From assembly GCA_951406725.2 (NCBI GenBank), contig OX597815.1:58280001-58344000 (forward strand): 64,000 bases of DNA. The letters run 5' to 3'. The translations under genes were made by a program, and so were the position numbers. Positions 39,780 through 53,389 of the stretch are shown here, piece by piece; the stretch's first letter is position 1, and every line of letters begins with the position of its first letter. The notes under the pieces were generated by a model that was not told the DNA's origin, made no database searches, and worked only from the letters and a program-made list of their open reading frames with translations. The stretch is from Octopus vulgaris (Eukaryota).

Positions 39780-41615
39780 AGAAAGTAGTATTCATGTGTA
39801 GAAGATGCACAAGAGCCATAGAGTCTACATATATATGGGAAATGGATTTTTTAGAATGTCCTGGAGGCTCTCTAGAGGTTGTAGATAATTTCTGTTACCT
39901 AGGTGACATAATTAGCAGTGGAAAAGATATTCCAAGAGTGTAATTACTAGAATAAGAATAGGATAGAAAAAAATTCAGATAGCTTTTACTTCTGTTGGCA
40001 ACCAAAGCTCTCTCCCCTGGAGTGAATGGAAGATTGAAAGATGCTTGTGCATAAACTGCAATGCTAGCAAGATGTAGTGCCTGAATGCAGAAGACACATG
40101 AAGATTAGAGAGAAATCATCATCGTTTAATGTCTGCATGGGTTGGACGGTTTGACTGAGGACTGGTGAGCCAGAGTCTGCACCAGGCTCAATCTGGTCTG
40201 GCAAAGTTTCTACAGCTGGATGCCCTTCCTAACACCAACCACTCCGAGAGTGCTGTGGGTGCTTTTAATGTGCCACCGGCACGAGGGCCAGTCAGGCAGT
40301 TCTGGCAATGACCACGTTCACACTCAAAAGGTGTTTTTACGTGCTACCTGCATGGGAGCTAGTCTGATGGCACTGGCAATGACCACGCTCGAATGTTGTT
40401 TTTCACGTGTCACCTGCACATGAGCTGGTAAGGTGACGCTGGCTACAATCATGCTTGAAGAGTGCTTTTCATGTGTCACCGGCACGGCAGCCAATCCGTG
40501 GCCCTGGCATTGGTCACGCTCAGATGGGCTTTTGACGTTCCACTGACATGAGTGCCACTCAGGCAGTACTGTCGTTGGCCACGTCAGCGATAAAGAAATA
40601 AAGCGAGTATGCTCATTTGGATGTGCAATGTCAGTGTACATGTATGATAGAATGCTAGTACATTGCGAGAAAATTAGGCATAAAAGGTATTAGATGTAAT
40701 GTGCAAGAAAAAAGACTACACTGATTTGGTCATGTGATGCATATGGTGCATAAAGAAGTGTCAGTCACTTAAAGTGGATGGAATTTGTGGAAGAAGGAGA
40801 CCCAAGGAAATCTGGGCCGATGCAGTGAGGGCCAATCTCAAGATGCTGAGCCTTAAGAAAGAGGTGACAAAGGACCAAAATATCTGGTGCTTTGCTTTGC
40901 TATGCTTGAAAAAAACCTGCCCACTACAACAAAATTAATATTCTAAAAACAACTTGAAAAATGCTTGTATATGGTGAACATCTTCTCAACCTCTATTCCC
41001 TCTGCCCAAGAAGCTTCTCTCTACACGCATCACTTCTTTATCTCTGATATTATTTGACTATCATTATCACCTGAGGGCTTGATAGGCACATACTATGAAT
41101 CTCACCCTTTCATTACTTCCCTTGTCCCCCTCCTAATCCAGTCCTCTTACCATTTCACCTATATTCCTCCCCATTGTGCCTTGAGGGTATGTCCTGACAC
41201 ATATCCAACACCATCTCTCCCACTCTTCTTTCTCTCTAAGTCTTCTCCATTCTTCTCCAATGAGGATGTCTTTGTATCTCTTTTACAGTAAGACGCCTAT
41301 CTCTATCCCTTTCTCATTCTTTTAACCTCATATCGACTGGTACAAAGGCACCTCCTTCAATACTATTCCCACCTACTCCCAGTTGAGGTGAATTTGTCTT
41401 GTCTTATAAGCTACTTGGTGACTCCACCAGTATTGGTGCCACACAAAAAGCCCCTAGTACACTCTGTAAAGTTGCTAGCATTAAGAAAGGTATCCAGCCT
41501 TGGAAACCAGGCCAAAACAGACAACAGAACTTGGCATAGCCCTCTGGCTTACCAGCTCTTGTCAAACTGTCCAATCCATGCCAGCATGGAGAATGGACAT
41601 TAAGTGATGATGATG
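39780..41615 (+). mobile_element. decayed RTE-type LINE 3' portion with (GAT)n tail, interrupted by an opposite-strand repeat at ~40115-40590
   Basis: LEVVDNFCYLGDIISSG...RIRIG RT C-terminal relic; ends ccatgccagcatggagaatggacattaagtgatgatgat. Confidence 0.65.
40115..40590 (-). mobile_element. (GAT)n-tailed RTE-related repeat/SINE copy
   Basis: Reverse complement of the cactctcggagtggttgg...aagggcatccagctgtagaaac...aaacgatgat family. Confidence 0.75.
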
Positions 41616-44600
41616 TGCAAGCTGTGGAATAAATAAATATGACCAGTTGGTCTGTACACATATCTAATATATTCACTGTTGCATTAACGTAAATATGTGA
41701 GTGATATATTACTATGTTAATGCCCAGCTGTCTATAATTATTTAGGTGTCAATCATCTAATTAGACAACAAAGAGCAATATTGATTTCATCATTCTGTTG
41801 GAAGTTAGAGCTTAAAGCCCCAAGTCAAAGAAACTGAGATTAGTAACAGGAAGATTGTAATTTTGCTTTTTGTTAGAGCTTTGTCAGCTCTGCAACTGTT
41901 AAATTATAGCATGCTTTAATTTATTCACAGCGATGTACAATAGTGCAAACTTGACAATTAAGTTCTGATGAAAATTACAGAAGGTGCTACACAAATAGAT
42001 AAATTATTTAACTTCCATTTTTTTTTATCATCATAGACATCCATAGAGTGGTGGATTGGCAGAATCTTTAAAGCAAAAAAGCCTTGTGGAATTTCATCAC
42101 GGTTTTTACTTTCTGAGTTCAAATACTGCTGAGGCCAACTTTCCTGTCATCTCTCTGGGGTAGATAAAACAAAGCACCAGTCAAATACCAGGAGTTGATG
42201 GAATTATCTACACTCCCAACTCCCAAAACTGCTGACCTTGCATCATGAATAATGGCTTCACTGACTGTCCAAAAGGCCAATCGATGATTCATTGCATTGT
42301 TGAGAGGAAATTTTTGAATTGAAACAGATGTTTGAATATAAGTTGAGTACAAAATTTCAAATTGGAATTTATGACAATACAAGAATCAAAATTCCTGATC
42401 TTCTTGTTATTGATCCTTAATATTGGTTCATAAAATATATTTACAGCAAGAACTATGCAATATGATGGTGCTTTAGATAATAATCATGAATGAATATGTA
42501 GAGTTAAATTAAACATTTCATCAAATGGTTGATTGTTTGGAATAGATTAAACTTCACTAAATTCAATCAAATATTAAGAGGACATGTTTTTAGGTATGAT
42601 AAAAGAAAAAAAAAAAAAAAGTAAGCAGTGTCTATAATATCAGTTGCTTTTTAAGAGCATATTCAAACTTAGAACCCTCTTTATTTTTTTGTAGATCATA
42701 GATATCCTTCATAATGTCAACAAAATACATAGTGTTACCTGTAATCAAATGAAGTACTCAGATAAATTCTTAAAGAAAAATTTAGTAAAATAACTTTGTC
42801 ATTATTAGATTGGTGTTTGGAACATAACTTAATATGAAATTTTGATAGGTTTCAATCTAAATACAAGGAGTTTGTATTATTGAATTAGTGATGAATTAAG
42901 GTTGGCTGGTATCAAAAGGGCTAATCTACTGATGCTATCATGTAAACACTAAAATGAAATGAACAAGTTATCAAATTAGAATGACTGCAGTTTATTAAGT
43001 TATAATATGCAAAAAAATGTTTAATTTAAAAGGTTACTATATCTCAATCCCAACGTCTCATATACAGAGAAGTAAATGCTAAGATAAAGAGACCAAAATG
43101 GAGACCCAAAAAAAAAAAAAAAATTACCCCTAAAATTAAAATATTTGAAATAGCAGGTGAAACATCTATCAAAAATAAAATATATCAAAAATAAAATATA
43201 CAAAAATAAAATATATATTGGAAGAAAATAAAAAATAATTTACTATTTGAAGATACATGTATGTGAGTGTAAATATGCATATATTGTATGCATGTGTGTG
43301 TGCATGCACACACACACACATTCATGCCCAAGCACACAAATGTGCAGTGGAAGATGAAAGTGTCAAGTGGACAAGTCAACAATTCAGTATTATGTACTCA
43401 TATGAAACTGAGTTACGTTATCTGTGAAAAACTACCATTACATCTTAGAGGGGATATCTTGCTCACACAACATTGTTGAAACCAGCTCTGCTTATAGGGG
43501 CTTACAGCAATAACTTCATTAGTACTACTGGTGTTGAATGTAAAACAGAAGGTATCAAATAGATCTAGCCCGACAAAATGTGTATTAGCTGCTGAGTAGA
43601 GAAAATAGTTTAAGATATGTAAGAAATGTTTTAAGTACTTGCCTTTCTAGTTAGGCTTTAGTGACAAATCATTTGATAAATGAACAATCAAACTACCATA
43701 TAGATAAATACATAGTTGGGTAATAATTATAATCCTTGTTCATGCTAGGCTTTATGTGACAATACAGTGAATGACAAAAAAAAAAAAAAAAAAAGGTCTA
43801 ATTTCACACTTACTAACCAGCTGAATCAATTAAAAGCCAGTCTTCAGTATTTAAAACCCAATTTAAAGATCTAAGCTTTCTTCTCCATTGAGGTGAAGGT
43901 TTCAAAGAAATTCAACATTAAATTGTTCAAGAAAATTGAGTATGTTTTTAAATACTTTAAAGATTTTGACAGTATCAAAGAGAATAACCTCAAATAATAG
44001 TAGGCTAAAAAACTTTTGCAAAAATACAAGATTGAGATTATGAATGATTCTATGGAATTCTTCAAGTTCAGCATTATGAATTACAGTTGAAATTTAATGT
44101 AGGATAGGTCAAATCAAATAGATCAAGACCAAAGGATCTAGGTAAAAATTATGGGAGTACAGAAACAAAGTTAGTTACAACTTTATTAAAGAGTCCTGAA
44201 TTGGAGAAAGGAAAACTGACAAAAAGTTAAAGCAAAACTATTTTTCAATGCTTTTATTATATAAAAAAAAAACAAAATGGGAAAAAAATTTTTAATAACT
44301 TCAAGAAGTGTGAACACAGGAACAGATATGGGATAAGATGGAAAACATCACTGCATGATTGGACATACAATTTCTCTTTAAAACAGAAATTCTATTTTAA
44401 GATACAATTTGAAGATTGATCTCAGTACCTTGACCCGCTTACCTCAATGAAACTAAGTCCTGGTAGAGCTGTGTGTGTGTGTTTGCGTATATATATACAC
44501 ACACACACACACACACATACTTTATTTGTGCATTAAGGCTACCGTTGGTTTCATGTTAAGAAATATCTCAACAATTCTTCAAGCAGGTCACATAGAAAAA

Positions 44601-46982
44601 TTGGTGTTCATTGCCATTTTGGATAAAAACAATACACAAATAAAGAATCTTTATCCACTGATTTGGTGTTGAGCACTAATTGTCATTCTTCAATATATAT
44701 ATGCACAACAGGGCCCTTTGCCTAATTTCCTTCCTCCTCAAGACATCCACTGTCACTTATCCCCTCCCTAACTGCAGTTCTTCCTTGATACCACTTTTCT
44801 ACCCAGAACCATTTCACTTGTTATCCATCCTCCATCCATTAATATTGTTCTATCCACCCACACCTTCACTGTGCCACCAAATTTTCTCCTTCACCCCATA
44901 TATCTCACTCTCTTCATACATTATGCCTGCCTCTTTTCCCCATCCACTTCTGTAACTTACTCAATATCATGTCATTTCTCTTTCATTCTTCAGTTTACTG
45001 TATCATCACTACTACCTTGCTGCACCACACTATCAGATATCCCTTATTCCCCCACTCACTACTGGCCCTTCTTGTCCCCTAGACCACTCTGACACCTCAT
45101 CATTACTATTATCACTTTCTATCACCATGGGTCCTCTACAATAAGAGACCTGTTCTGTTCTGGCCCCTTTCTTTCATACCTTATCCCATTCTACTCCTTA
45201 TCTCCAAGTATAAAGTTGCCTTCTTATCTCAGGGTTCATAGCCTTGAAAACTGCATGACAACTGTACTAGTGCTGGTGGCACAAAAAAAAGTACCCAGTT
45301 AAATATGTAAAGTTGTTGGCACCCAACCACAGCAACCATGGCAAAGCAGACAGTGGAGCATTTTGCTGTCCTTTGTCCATGGGATCCTATCTAACCCATG
45401 CCAGCATGGAACATGGAGATAAATGATGATGATGATGATTAAGAACAAAAGTAGTAGTAATGATTTCTAACATTTTCTTCATTACATGACTGCTATCATC
45501 ATCATTGTTTTAACATATATTTTTCCATACTTGCATGAATCAGACAAGAGTATGTTGAAGAAGAGCTTTCTATGACTAGATACCCTTCCTCTTGTCAAGC
45601 TCCATTGTTTCCATATAAGTTAGTCAGCTTCCAGTTTATTGAACAACAAATAACCCAGATATGTCTACATGGAGAACTGGAAAGAAATGAAATCATATAA
45701 AAGAGTCTTCTGTTTATAAAGATCCTGCAACATGTCAAAATGTCAGGAAGCCTGGACATGCTTTTATGGTGCACTGGAAGCAAACGACACCATCAGCAAA
45801 GCCAGTGTTTACAATCAGCAAATGAAACACACATGTAGATAAGGGAAAAATGAACTCGTACAAACACACAAATATATGCAGGCTTCTTTCTGTTTCCATC
45901 TACCAAATCCATTCACAAGCTTTTAGTCAGCCCAAGGCTACAGTAGAATACAATTATTCAAGGTACAGTAGTGATACTGAACTTGAAATCACACAGTTGG
46001 AAAGTAAGCTTCTTAACTACAATCACATCTGTGCTTATTATTCTTGTTTATTTATTTGTTCATTATAAATGTTTTAAAAGTACAGTCTAGCTCCATTGTT
46101 CTTGTATGATGAAACAAAAAGAAATGCTGTATACAAAAGATTAAAGCAAATAATAATCCTTTCTACTATATGCACACAGCCTGCAATTTTGTCACAATTT
46201 TGAAATAAATACCAGTCAACCTCAGTGCTTGAGTGATACTTATTCCATTGACTCCAAAAGGACAGAAGGCAAAGCAGACCTCGGTGGAACTTGAACTCAG
46301 AATGTAAAGACAGAGAAAATGCTTAGCAGCATTTTGTTCAGTATGATAATGACACTGTCATATTAAAGCAAATAACAACAACGATTTCTAACATTGGTAT
46401 GATTTAATCAACATGTGTATATTATTGGTCCTTATTTACCACCAATAGGCCTGCTCTATAGCTTTATCAATGCATCAAAAATTCCAAAAAGTTTTTGTGG
46501 AAAATTTTATTGTACATGCAGCCATGTCTATACTGATATACAATGAAAAAAAAACATTTTTAAAAATAATTTAATACTTTTCTTTGTTTTAAATTAATTT
46601 CATCCTTAAGTGTAGATTTACTACTACAATAAAATAAGCTTAATCTAAAGCTTACTCCACTGAATTTTAGCTGACAGACATCAAATGAAAGATGTGATTA
46701 ACCTAAGGTGCAAACTTCAAATAAAAGATATAACAAGCACTGAAATTTTCCAAATTTGTTCCAAGGCACTGACATTTGTAACAAGATGGTATGCAATAGT
46801 TACCACAGAATAGTTTTCGATTTAGATCTTTAAAAAATTCCACCCCATCTTTTTTGTAAATAACAAACAAATACACTAACCAAATAAAATAAAGCAGCAA
46901 GAACATATAGATAGGTAAACATAAAAAAATGAAAGAAATTTTTCAATAACATGATGATCAAATTCAGAGAAGAAATACTCAC

Positions 46983-47131
46983 GCATAGTGGTGTGCAATG
47001 GGAGTTCCTGGAGCAGATATGTAGGGACCTGTATTTGATTGAACGCTGCTCTCAGAGGGACTGTTAGACAAAGAGTCATTAGCAGTACTGTGTCTTCTAA
47101 CCACTTTGCCTTCTGCATCAGCCATATAATT
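46983..47131 (-). CDS. FNBP1L: FNBP1L-family gene, end of HR1 and Ser-rich linker exon
   Basis: ttttctgctgcag|AAT TAT ATG...TAT GC|gtgagt, 149 nt, phase 0 to 2. Encodes NYMADAEGKVVRRHSTANDSLSNSPSESSVQSNTGPYISAPGTPIAHHY(A). Confidence 0.88.
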
Positions 47132-48144
47132 CTGCAGCAGAAAATAAAATATTTTAGATAACTTTTTAAACACATACTCCATTTCTACCTACCATCAGTT
47201 TCTGATTGATCTTCAAACCAAACAATTCTTGTTCAAACAAACATACAAGAAGGATAATGGCTCAAGGGAGCAATACATATATGACACTAATTTTTGTTTT
47301 TCTTTAAAGTGACAACCTGATAAGATATGGAGAAAAAATTTCTTCAACCCTTTGAAACATGAAAACAATATTATTTCAACTTAGAATTACATGAAATGGA
47401 GTACAGTATAAGAAAATATAGCTTATTTTCATCCCCTGCATAGGCAATATAATTCATTATGAGAGCTTAAATAAAATGTTTGATGCCTTAAATACACTTC
47501 TTAAACAAGCTATACAAATATAAAATGCTCAATCTGTTAGTAGTCAACATGTATGTTTTGATCATTAATGTTTCGATGAGGCTACAGAAAATTAAACTTT
47601 TAACATAGGTTTATAAGTTTGTAAACACAAACACAGAATAGAAATATTTTGTATCAAAACAGATAAACTTATAGCATAGGGGTATCCAAACACGAAAGAA
47701 AATTTTTTTTAATGATTTATATTATCCACCCATCAAAAAAAAAAATGAAAAAAAATCAAGACATTTAGAAACAGTTCCTCTGAAGCAATGAAGCACACAG
47801 AGCTATATAGCAGTCAAGTTTCAGTAAGAAGCAAATAAAGTGAACAGATTTAAACAAATAGACAGATATAACTGGTGAAACACATGATAGTTCAAACAAT
47901 ATTTATCACTATTGACACATAATAAATTCTACTGAAAACTTAATCCATATCTGAGTACAGCATATAAATTTGCAAGGTGACCATTCAGGATAATTTGATG
48001 GTAGAGTCCAATCTATTTGGTTAGCAAACAAAACTGAAAACATTTGTTTGCTATGCAATAACCTATAATGAATATCATCAATGAATCAATATTTTACATA
48101 GGGGTATTATATTTCAAACCAACACTTGTTAAAAGGCTTATTAA

Positions 48145-49745
48145 CCCTTTAGTGTTCAGACTGGCCAAAACCAGTTGAAAATAATTCCCCTTTATTTGTT
48201 TGAACCAACCAAATCCGGCCATATCTGAAATCACTAAAAAAATAAACAAATCACATTATCGAATTCTCGTAGCTTTCAGATAATGTGAGATAAAGCCTTT
48301 CCTGCCTCTCTTCAAGTAAAAATACCATGAAAGTTTTGAAACTTCTTAACAATATGGCATCAGCAAGTAGTGATTCCAACTTTGAAGGTTTACTCTTGAT
48401 GATGTACAAAATATAAACAAAAACAACAGTGATTGTCTTTGGATGAATCTAATATTGATATTTACGAATCTTTGTTGGACGAAGAAGATTTTAATAATGA
48501 AAGTTATGAAAATGATGCTGAAAACATTACAGCGACATAGTTTTTGGTTACTACATCAACCACAATTTCCGATTTCACAGAAAAGACTAGTCCGCAACAA
48601 AGTCTACCTCCCAATGCTCAACCATCAGACTATTTATTTTTATTTTTACTGAAGGGTTTTTTTTTAAACTGTCATAGAGGAAACAAATAAACATGCTCAA
48701 TGCATAATTTCTATTTGTGGATGACCTGATCCACTATGGCAGCCAATTGATACTGCAGAAATGTGAGCTTTATTTACTATAAACATTATGTTTGTTATCA
48801 AGCAGAGTCCTCAACTGTGGAACTACTGGAGTCCTGATCTCCAGCATTATGTCTAATTATAGTTAATTCATATATTGTTTATGTAAAAAGCCACAAGGTC
48901 CTTCCACCACTGAAGGATTATGACTATTTGAAATTTCAGGTTGACATCGCATCTCAGTTACATGATGGCTGTTCTTCCAGAAAGCACAGAGTTGGGAGAA
49001 AAGCAAAATTAACTGAGATGGCTGTCAACAGAGAAAATAGTGACTTCCAAAAAGTAGAAAAAAATATATAGAAAGAAAAATGTTTGCAGACTGCTTTTGG
49101 TGCAAAAAAGAAAAACTGTGAAAAGATATCAGGTTGAGACCTCATATATGTGTTTGTTTTGCAAAGTGCTCTTGTGTAAAGGGTGCTTTGGACAGTTTCA
49201 TGATAAAAATATGGCAAAACTATATTTTGTTGTTTGATAGTAATACTATCATATATTCCTTTCATTTTATTACAAATAATATGTGAAAGTGAGAAATACA
49301 TATTAATTTATAGAATGTTACACACCTGTATTCAACTTTATCTCATCTGTTAATGAGGTTTTTTAATTAGATCCATTATTATATAAATGTATTCATTAAA
49401 TAGTATGAGAGTACATAGCCAATGGTACATTGACAAGTAAAAGAGTTTTGTACCTTATTTTCAATGAAAATGTTTGAGTGAAATATAGAGAAAGAATAAA
49501 ATCTTGCACCAGTTACACCTGTATTTTAATCAATTCAAATTAATGTACCTCATCTTGAAAAGTGGCAAAATTGTTGGCGGTTAACATCTGGGATAATTTT
49601 AGAAACAAATCAAACAGGTAAGATGCATTAAGAATTTCAATTTTAGTGTTTAATCATAGTGCTATTGCTTTTACACCTGTTAATTAAATTTACCTGCCCA
49701 TAAAAGTCATATTTAATCAGAAAGATCAGCTAAAATTACATAACC
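48145..49745 (+). mobile_element. decayed piggyBac transposon
   Basis: TTAA-CCCTTT left end at 48141; MASASSDSNFEG, VIEETNKHAQ, WQPIDTAEM, LWNYWS motifs; Cys-rich tail relic. Confidence 0.75.
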
Positions 49746-49785
49746 ACTTATTAACCCTTTAATGTTCAGACTGGCCACTATAAAC

Positions 49786-50255
49786 CATTTCGATGACTGG
49801 CATCCGTGCTAGTGGAGTGCTAAGAGTACCATATGAGTGAGATCGTTGCCAGAGCAACAAGCTGGCCTCCGTTCCGATGGCTTGTTAAAACCACCATTCG
49901 AGCATGATTGTTACCTGCGTTGCTTTACTAGCACTTGTGCTGGTGGCACGTGAAAAAAACATTTGAGCGAGGTCGTTGCCAATGCCGCTGGACTGGCTCC
50001 CGTGCAGGTGGGACATAAAAAGCACCATTTGAGCATGGCCGTTGCCAGTACCTCCTGACTAGCCCTCGTGTCGGTGGCACGTAAAAGCACCCACTACACT
50101 CTCGGAGTGGTTGGCATTAAGAAGGGAATCCAGCTGTAGAAACTCTGCCAGATCAGATTAGAGTCTGGTGCAGCCATCTGGTTCGCCAGCCCTCAGTCAA
50201 ATCGTACAACCCATGCTAGCATGGAAAGCAGATGTTAAACGATGATGATGATGAT
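49786..50255 (+). mobile_element. (GAT)n-tailed RTE-related repeat/SINE copy
   Basis: Same family as 40115-40590, 51656-51771, 52520-52691 and 15308-15460. Confidence 0.8.
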
Positions 50256-50259
50256 TTAT

Positions 50260-50760
50260 TCTTGTGTTTTGAGGAGTGAAATGCAGTAGAATCAGAATAT
50301 TTTCAGAGAATTTGCACTTTCAAGTGTTCCTCAAAATTACAGTTGTGTGATATAGATTGTTCAGTAAGTTCTTTTGAACTACCGTTATTGTGCTTGACAT
50401 CATTTTTATCCCATTGAATCTTTATTTTATTGTTCTGTTGTGCAACCAACATAAATCAACTTGTGTTTGATGCATTCTGCTGTGTCCCACATAGTCTGTG
50501 AAAAGGGCTTGCCTCTGTTTTTCAGGGTACACTATGCATAAACTCCAAAGGTAGTTTTATTGGGGTTAGAGGCAGTGGTTAATAGTTCCCTTACATTTTT
50601 ATGGCATCTAAAGGCTACAACAAGTGGATGAAAGAATATTTGTTTGAAATGAGGATATTTTTCTGAAGTACACTGGTAACTCTCATGCAACACTTTTGAA
50701 ATACCAGTGAAGTTTTGGTGCCAGTTAATCACTAAAGGAATTTAATCACAAATTTTACTT
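50260..50760 (-). mobile_element. Penelope-like element fragment (RT-endonuclease linker and GIY-YIG)
   Basis: ORF 50532-50732 IFFHPLVVAFRCHKNVRELL (PLE linker motif AFRRxKNLRDxL) followed by AECIKHKLIYVGCTT. Confidence 0.65.
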
Positions 50761-51329
50761 TGACTGATAAAATTAAACATGAAATTTTGACTTACCTTGA
50801 TAACTTTAGTTATGTCATTTGGGATTTCATTTAATCATAATTCACAGTAATTGTGTTTGACATAATGGAAAACAAAAGTATGTTTCCAATAACTCCAGGA
50901 CTTTCGATTTAACTTAATTGCATGATGTGGATGATCAGAGCAGTAGTGAAGATGAATGTGAGATGATGTGGATTTGTAAAATAACTATCACTGTTCAGCC
51001 TTCTGAAAACTTAATTTTTGTGTCCAAAAATTTGACACTTGTTTTTGAAAAACTCAACAAGAAATTTATATTGGGCTTTCTGCCATAGTTTTTTCATAAA
51101 GCAGTCACAGAAATGCAAAAACTTATGTAAATTATCCTGTGACTCTTCCCAAACAAAAAGGATATCATCAATGAACTGTAACCAGAGTATTGGTTCATGA
51201 CTGTGCAGGGGTCTGAATGTCTCCCATAACTGTTATGGGGTACCCATGGTGTATCCCCTTGTATGGTGGTAAAATTTTTGTTTAAACTTCATGGTGTTAC
51301 TCTGTAACATATACTTCAATAATTTACTG

Positions 51330-52339
51330 AGAAAATTAGATGGAATACTTTAGTTTGACCATTTTTCAAAGGCATCCATGTAAGCCTCTCACTCTCCCCA
51401 CCTTCATCACGGTCAATGTTGGGGTTATAACAATGCATTGGTCCAGATGCGTTTCCACTGTTCGAAGCAGTGCTGGAACTCTTGCAAAGTGATACCTTTT
51501 AATGTCTCTGTCATGTTTTTATTCACCTCTTCCACATCTGCAAATTCTGTAGTACCAGCTTTCGTCACCAGTGATGGCCTTTGAAAAAGGGTCTGGATCA
51601 ATTTCTAGCTGCCCTTTCAGCATTCAGACATGCATTCAGTTGTGACTGCTTTTGATGCCAGATAAGACCGGAGCCTGGTGCAGCCTCCTGGCTTCCCAGA
51701 TCCCCGGTCAAACCATCCAACCCATGCTAGCATGGAGAACGGACGTTAAACGATGATGATGATGATGATGAACAAGGGAGATGCAAATTTTGCTGCAATT
51801 CTTTTCATTTGCAATTCCTTGTTCCAAATTTGTTAGCAAGTGCTCCAGGATACACTAGTTGTATCAACAAGTTTGTCAATTGTTTGGCGAAGGTCCTCCA
51901 TGATCAGTTCATGAATTTTCATGATGTTTTCTTTCACTTGGAAGGTCAACAGTTGCTCTAAACAAGGTTGGTCTTCAAGCGACAAATGACCATTCCTAAA
52001 GCATGAAAACCACTTGTAAACTTGTGCTTTGCTTGTGGCAGTGTCCCTGTAAGCTGTTTGAAGCATGACAACTGTTTTGGTTGCTGTTTTCCCCAGCAGA
52101 AAACAGAATTTCACAGAAGCATGCTGTTTCTTTGTGTTAGCCATCACAAAAGTTGATGAAAACGGGAGAAGCACTGCAAAACAAAGACACACCATGTAAC
52201 AGTATGACTTCAATCGCTGCTGCTGGTCGGCAGATTGATGCCTGAAGGTCACATCAAGTGGCTTTTAGGTGTGGAAGCCTGAACTACAATGGTCTTGCCC
52301 CACAGAAAATGTTTCCAGCTACTTTTGATTAACTCCTCG
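51330..52339 (-). mobile_element. decayed mariner element with one TIR; GAT-tailed repeat nested at 51656-51771
   Basis: ORF 51833-52252 (VKFCFLLGKTA...VYKWFSCFRNG...LEDQP, mariner HTH); terminal TA-CGAGGAGTTAATCAAAAGT. Confidence 0.85.
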
Positions 52340-52519
52340 TATATACATATACATACATACAAACACATTCATACATACATGTTTGTGCTTCCTTGTTTTG
52401 ACATTATGTGATGCATGTTAACAAGTGTCAATGTCATACAGGTAGCATATTTCATTTCCAATCTTCCCCAAAAATTTATCAGGGAATGATAACTTGCTTG
52501 GTAACCAGTATTAATACTT

Positions 52520-52661
52520 ACTCGCGGAGTGGTTGGCGTCAGGAAGGGCATCCAGCTGTAGAAACACTGCCAGATCAGACTGGAGCCTGGTGCAGCCCCT
52601 GGCTTCCCAGACCTCGGTCAAACCGTCCAACCCGTGCTAGCACGGAAAGTGGACGTTAAAC

Positions 52662-52691
<30 letters not shown>
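52520..52691 (+). mobile_element. young (GAT)n-tailed RTE-related repeat/SINE copy
   Basis: CpG-rich copy ending ggacgttaaac(gat)n. Confidence 0.85.
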
Positions 52692-52692
<1 letters not shown>

Positions 52693-52849
52693 TTACCAGC
52701 TGGGTAACAAGTATTAACTTGCTTGGTAACCAGTGAGGGCTAGCAACAAGATCCCTTTGACTTGTGTAAGCATTAAAAACTGGATGTTAAAATGATGAAT
52801 GTGATTCAAATAATGTTATTAAAAATGACAAGCTTAATATAAACAATAC

Positions 52850-52982
52850 CTCAAATTTGATCAGTTCCTGGTTCAATCGGTCAAGTTTCTGTGCGTTCTC
52901 TTCCAGTTTTTTATCCAAGCTGCTAGCATCACCAAGTGCTGGATTGTTTATGTATACATCTTTCATCTTCAGCATACCCTCC
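52850..52982 (-). CDS. FNBP1L: FNBP1L/TOCA-1/CIP4-family gene, HR1 domain exon
   Basis: tttcatag|G GAG GGT ATG...TTT GAG|gtattg, 133 nt, phase 2 to 0, in frame with previous exon. Encodes (R)EGMLKMKDVYINNPALGDASSLDKKLEENAQKLDRLNQELIKFE (family motif KMKDVYxxNPxxGD). Confidence 0.93.
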
Positions 52983-53389
52983 CTATGAAACAGTTAATAT
53001 GGAATGAATTGAAAGAATAAAAGATTTACATTTTCTCTTCTACAATATTAGTCAGTGTACTGTATTATAATTAGAAGCGTGTGTAGGGAAATTGTTACAC
53101 AAAGAGATCAGAACATGAAAATACACAAGGTCAAAATAATCTTTGCAATAAAATAATCACAAGAAGCATCTATTTAGTCTTCTTCATGCTGTTGTTGCCC
53201 ATGAGCTTTCTCTCTTGTAGCTGCAGGTGCCTTGTGTTACCTTGAGAGGGTACTTAAAATAGATACTTCGCAAAGTTTATTTCTGATATTTTAAGCTGGA
53301 AACAGCCTACTTTTGATTTAGAATGAGGCTAAATTTCTGTCTTCTGATGCCATTTTCATTATTGCCACAAAGTACACAAAGTTTTAAAT

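Noticed and set aside
43818-43820. Possible 3-nt microexon (ttcag|CTG|gttagt)
   Set aside because: Weak pyrimidine tract; such motifs arise by chance and cannot be supported without reads.
50788-50830. Perfect AAG|GTAAGT donor on minus
   Set aside because: No suitable upstream acceptor before an in-frame stop; adjacent to a Penelope relic.
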